From positions 6,778-70,777 of the IMG/VR virus record IMGVR_UViG_3300042997_001465: DNA of 64,000 nt. The stretch is one strand, 5' to 3'. This DNA is from a virus. Taxonomy: Duplodnaviria; Caudoviricetes. Shown piece after piece: positions 63,907 to 64,000 of the stretch. The translations under genes and the position numbers were made by a program. The notes under the pieces are model-generated. The model ran no database searches. It saw nothing but the letters and a program-made list of their open reading frames with translations, and was not told the origin of the DNA. Position 1 is the first letter of the stretch. Every line of letters begins with the position of its first letter.

Positions 63907-64000
63907 TGGTGGAGATGAGGGGAATCGAACCCCTGTCTTACAAAGTAATCATAATACCAGCATATCACACGTTTAGGTAAAGTTTAATCTTATTCACTTT
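63907..64000 (-). ncRNA. ssrA: tmRNA 3' portion (5' part outside window)
   Basis: Minus strand ...GTAAGACAGGGGTTCGATTCCCCTCATCTCCACCA: T-arm, Ala-type acceptor strand and CCA. No tRNA 5' half ~76 nt upstream; CTAAACGTGTGA resembles the tmRNA 3' helix. Confidence 0.85.

Noticed and set aside
63907-63982. tRNA-Ala
   Set aside because: No complementary 5' acceptor strand, D-arm or anticodon arm at the expected distance; context fits tmRNA.
1-64000. Stop-codon reassignment, as in some Bacteroidota phages
   Set aside because: Conserved enzymes are full length under code 11, and TAA, TAG and TGA all end genes at coupled boundaries.
1-64000. Eukaryotic giant virus (NCLDV) origin suggested by RFC-like loader, collagen repeats and glycan genes
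   Set aside because: Bacteroidota promoters, intrinsic terminators, tmRNA, peptidoglycan-binding endolysin, RecA and gp32-like SSB indicate a bacteriophage.

Overview
The window is a 64-kb slice of a large, AT-rich lytic dsDNA bacteriophage genome with a T4-like replisome (probably jumbo-type). All credible genes lie on the minus strand; the plus-strand ORFs are antisense shadows. The host is very likely Bacteroidota. Nine intergenic elements match the Bacteroidota sigma70 promoter (TTTG-N19/20-TAnnTTT[G/A]), leaders are A-rich without Shine-Dalgarno, and there are DUF4494-like and Hc1-like genes and a signal peptide with Gln at +1. From right to left: 3' end of a tmRNA; a miniature family-A polymerase; a signal-peptide NucA-type nuclease; a 2116-aa multidomain protein; a PG-binding/GH19 endolysin; a replication block (gp32-like SSB, RecA, 5'-3' exonuclease, DnaB-like helicase, class II RNR, thioredoxin, sliding clamp, PolB, dUTPase, clamp loader, Cas4-like nuclease); a ~14-kb glycan-synthesis cluster; two Gly-Thr-Ser collagen-like fibres; three poly-Thr mucin-like proteins, one carrying a subtilase. 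Two candidate undescribed systems stand out. (1) A protein O-glycosylation system: an enzyme resembling plant extensin O-glycosyltransferases (HPAT/SERGT) sits directly behind the poly-Thr and GTS-repeat genes. (2) A DNA-modification cassette inside the replisome: an AsnB-like amidotransferase, a GNAT and two SPPY methyltransferases, with a third paralogue between clamp and PolB. All family assignments come from motif recognition by eye, not from database searches.
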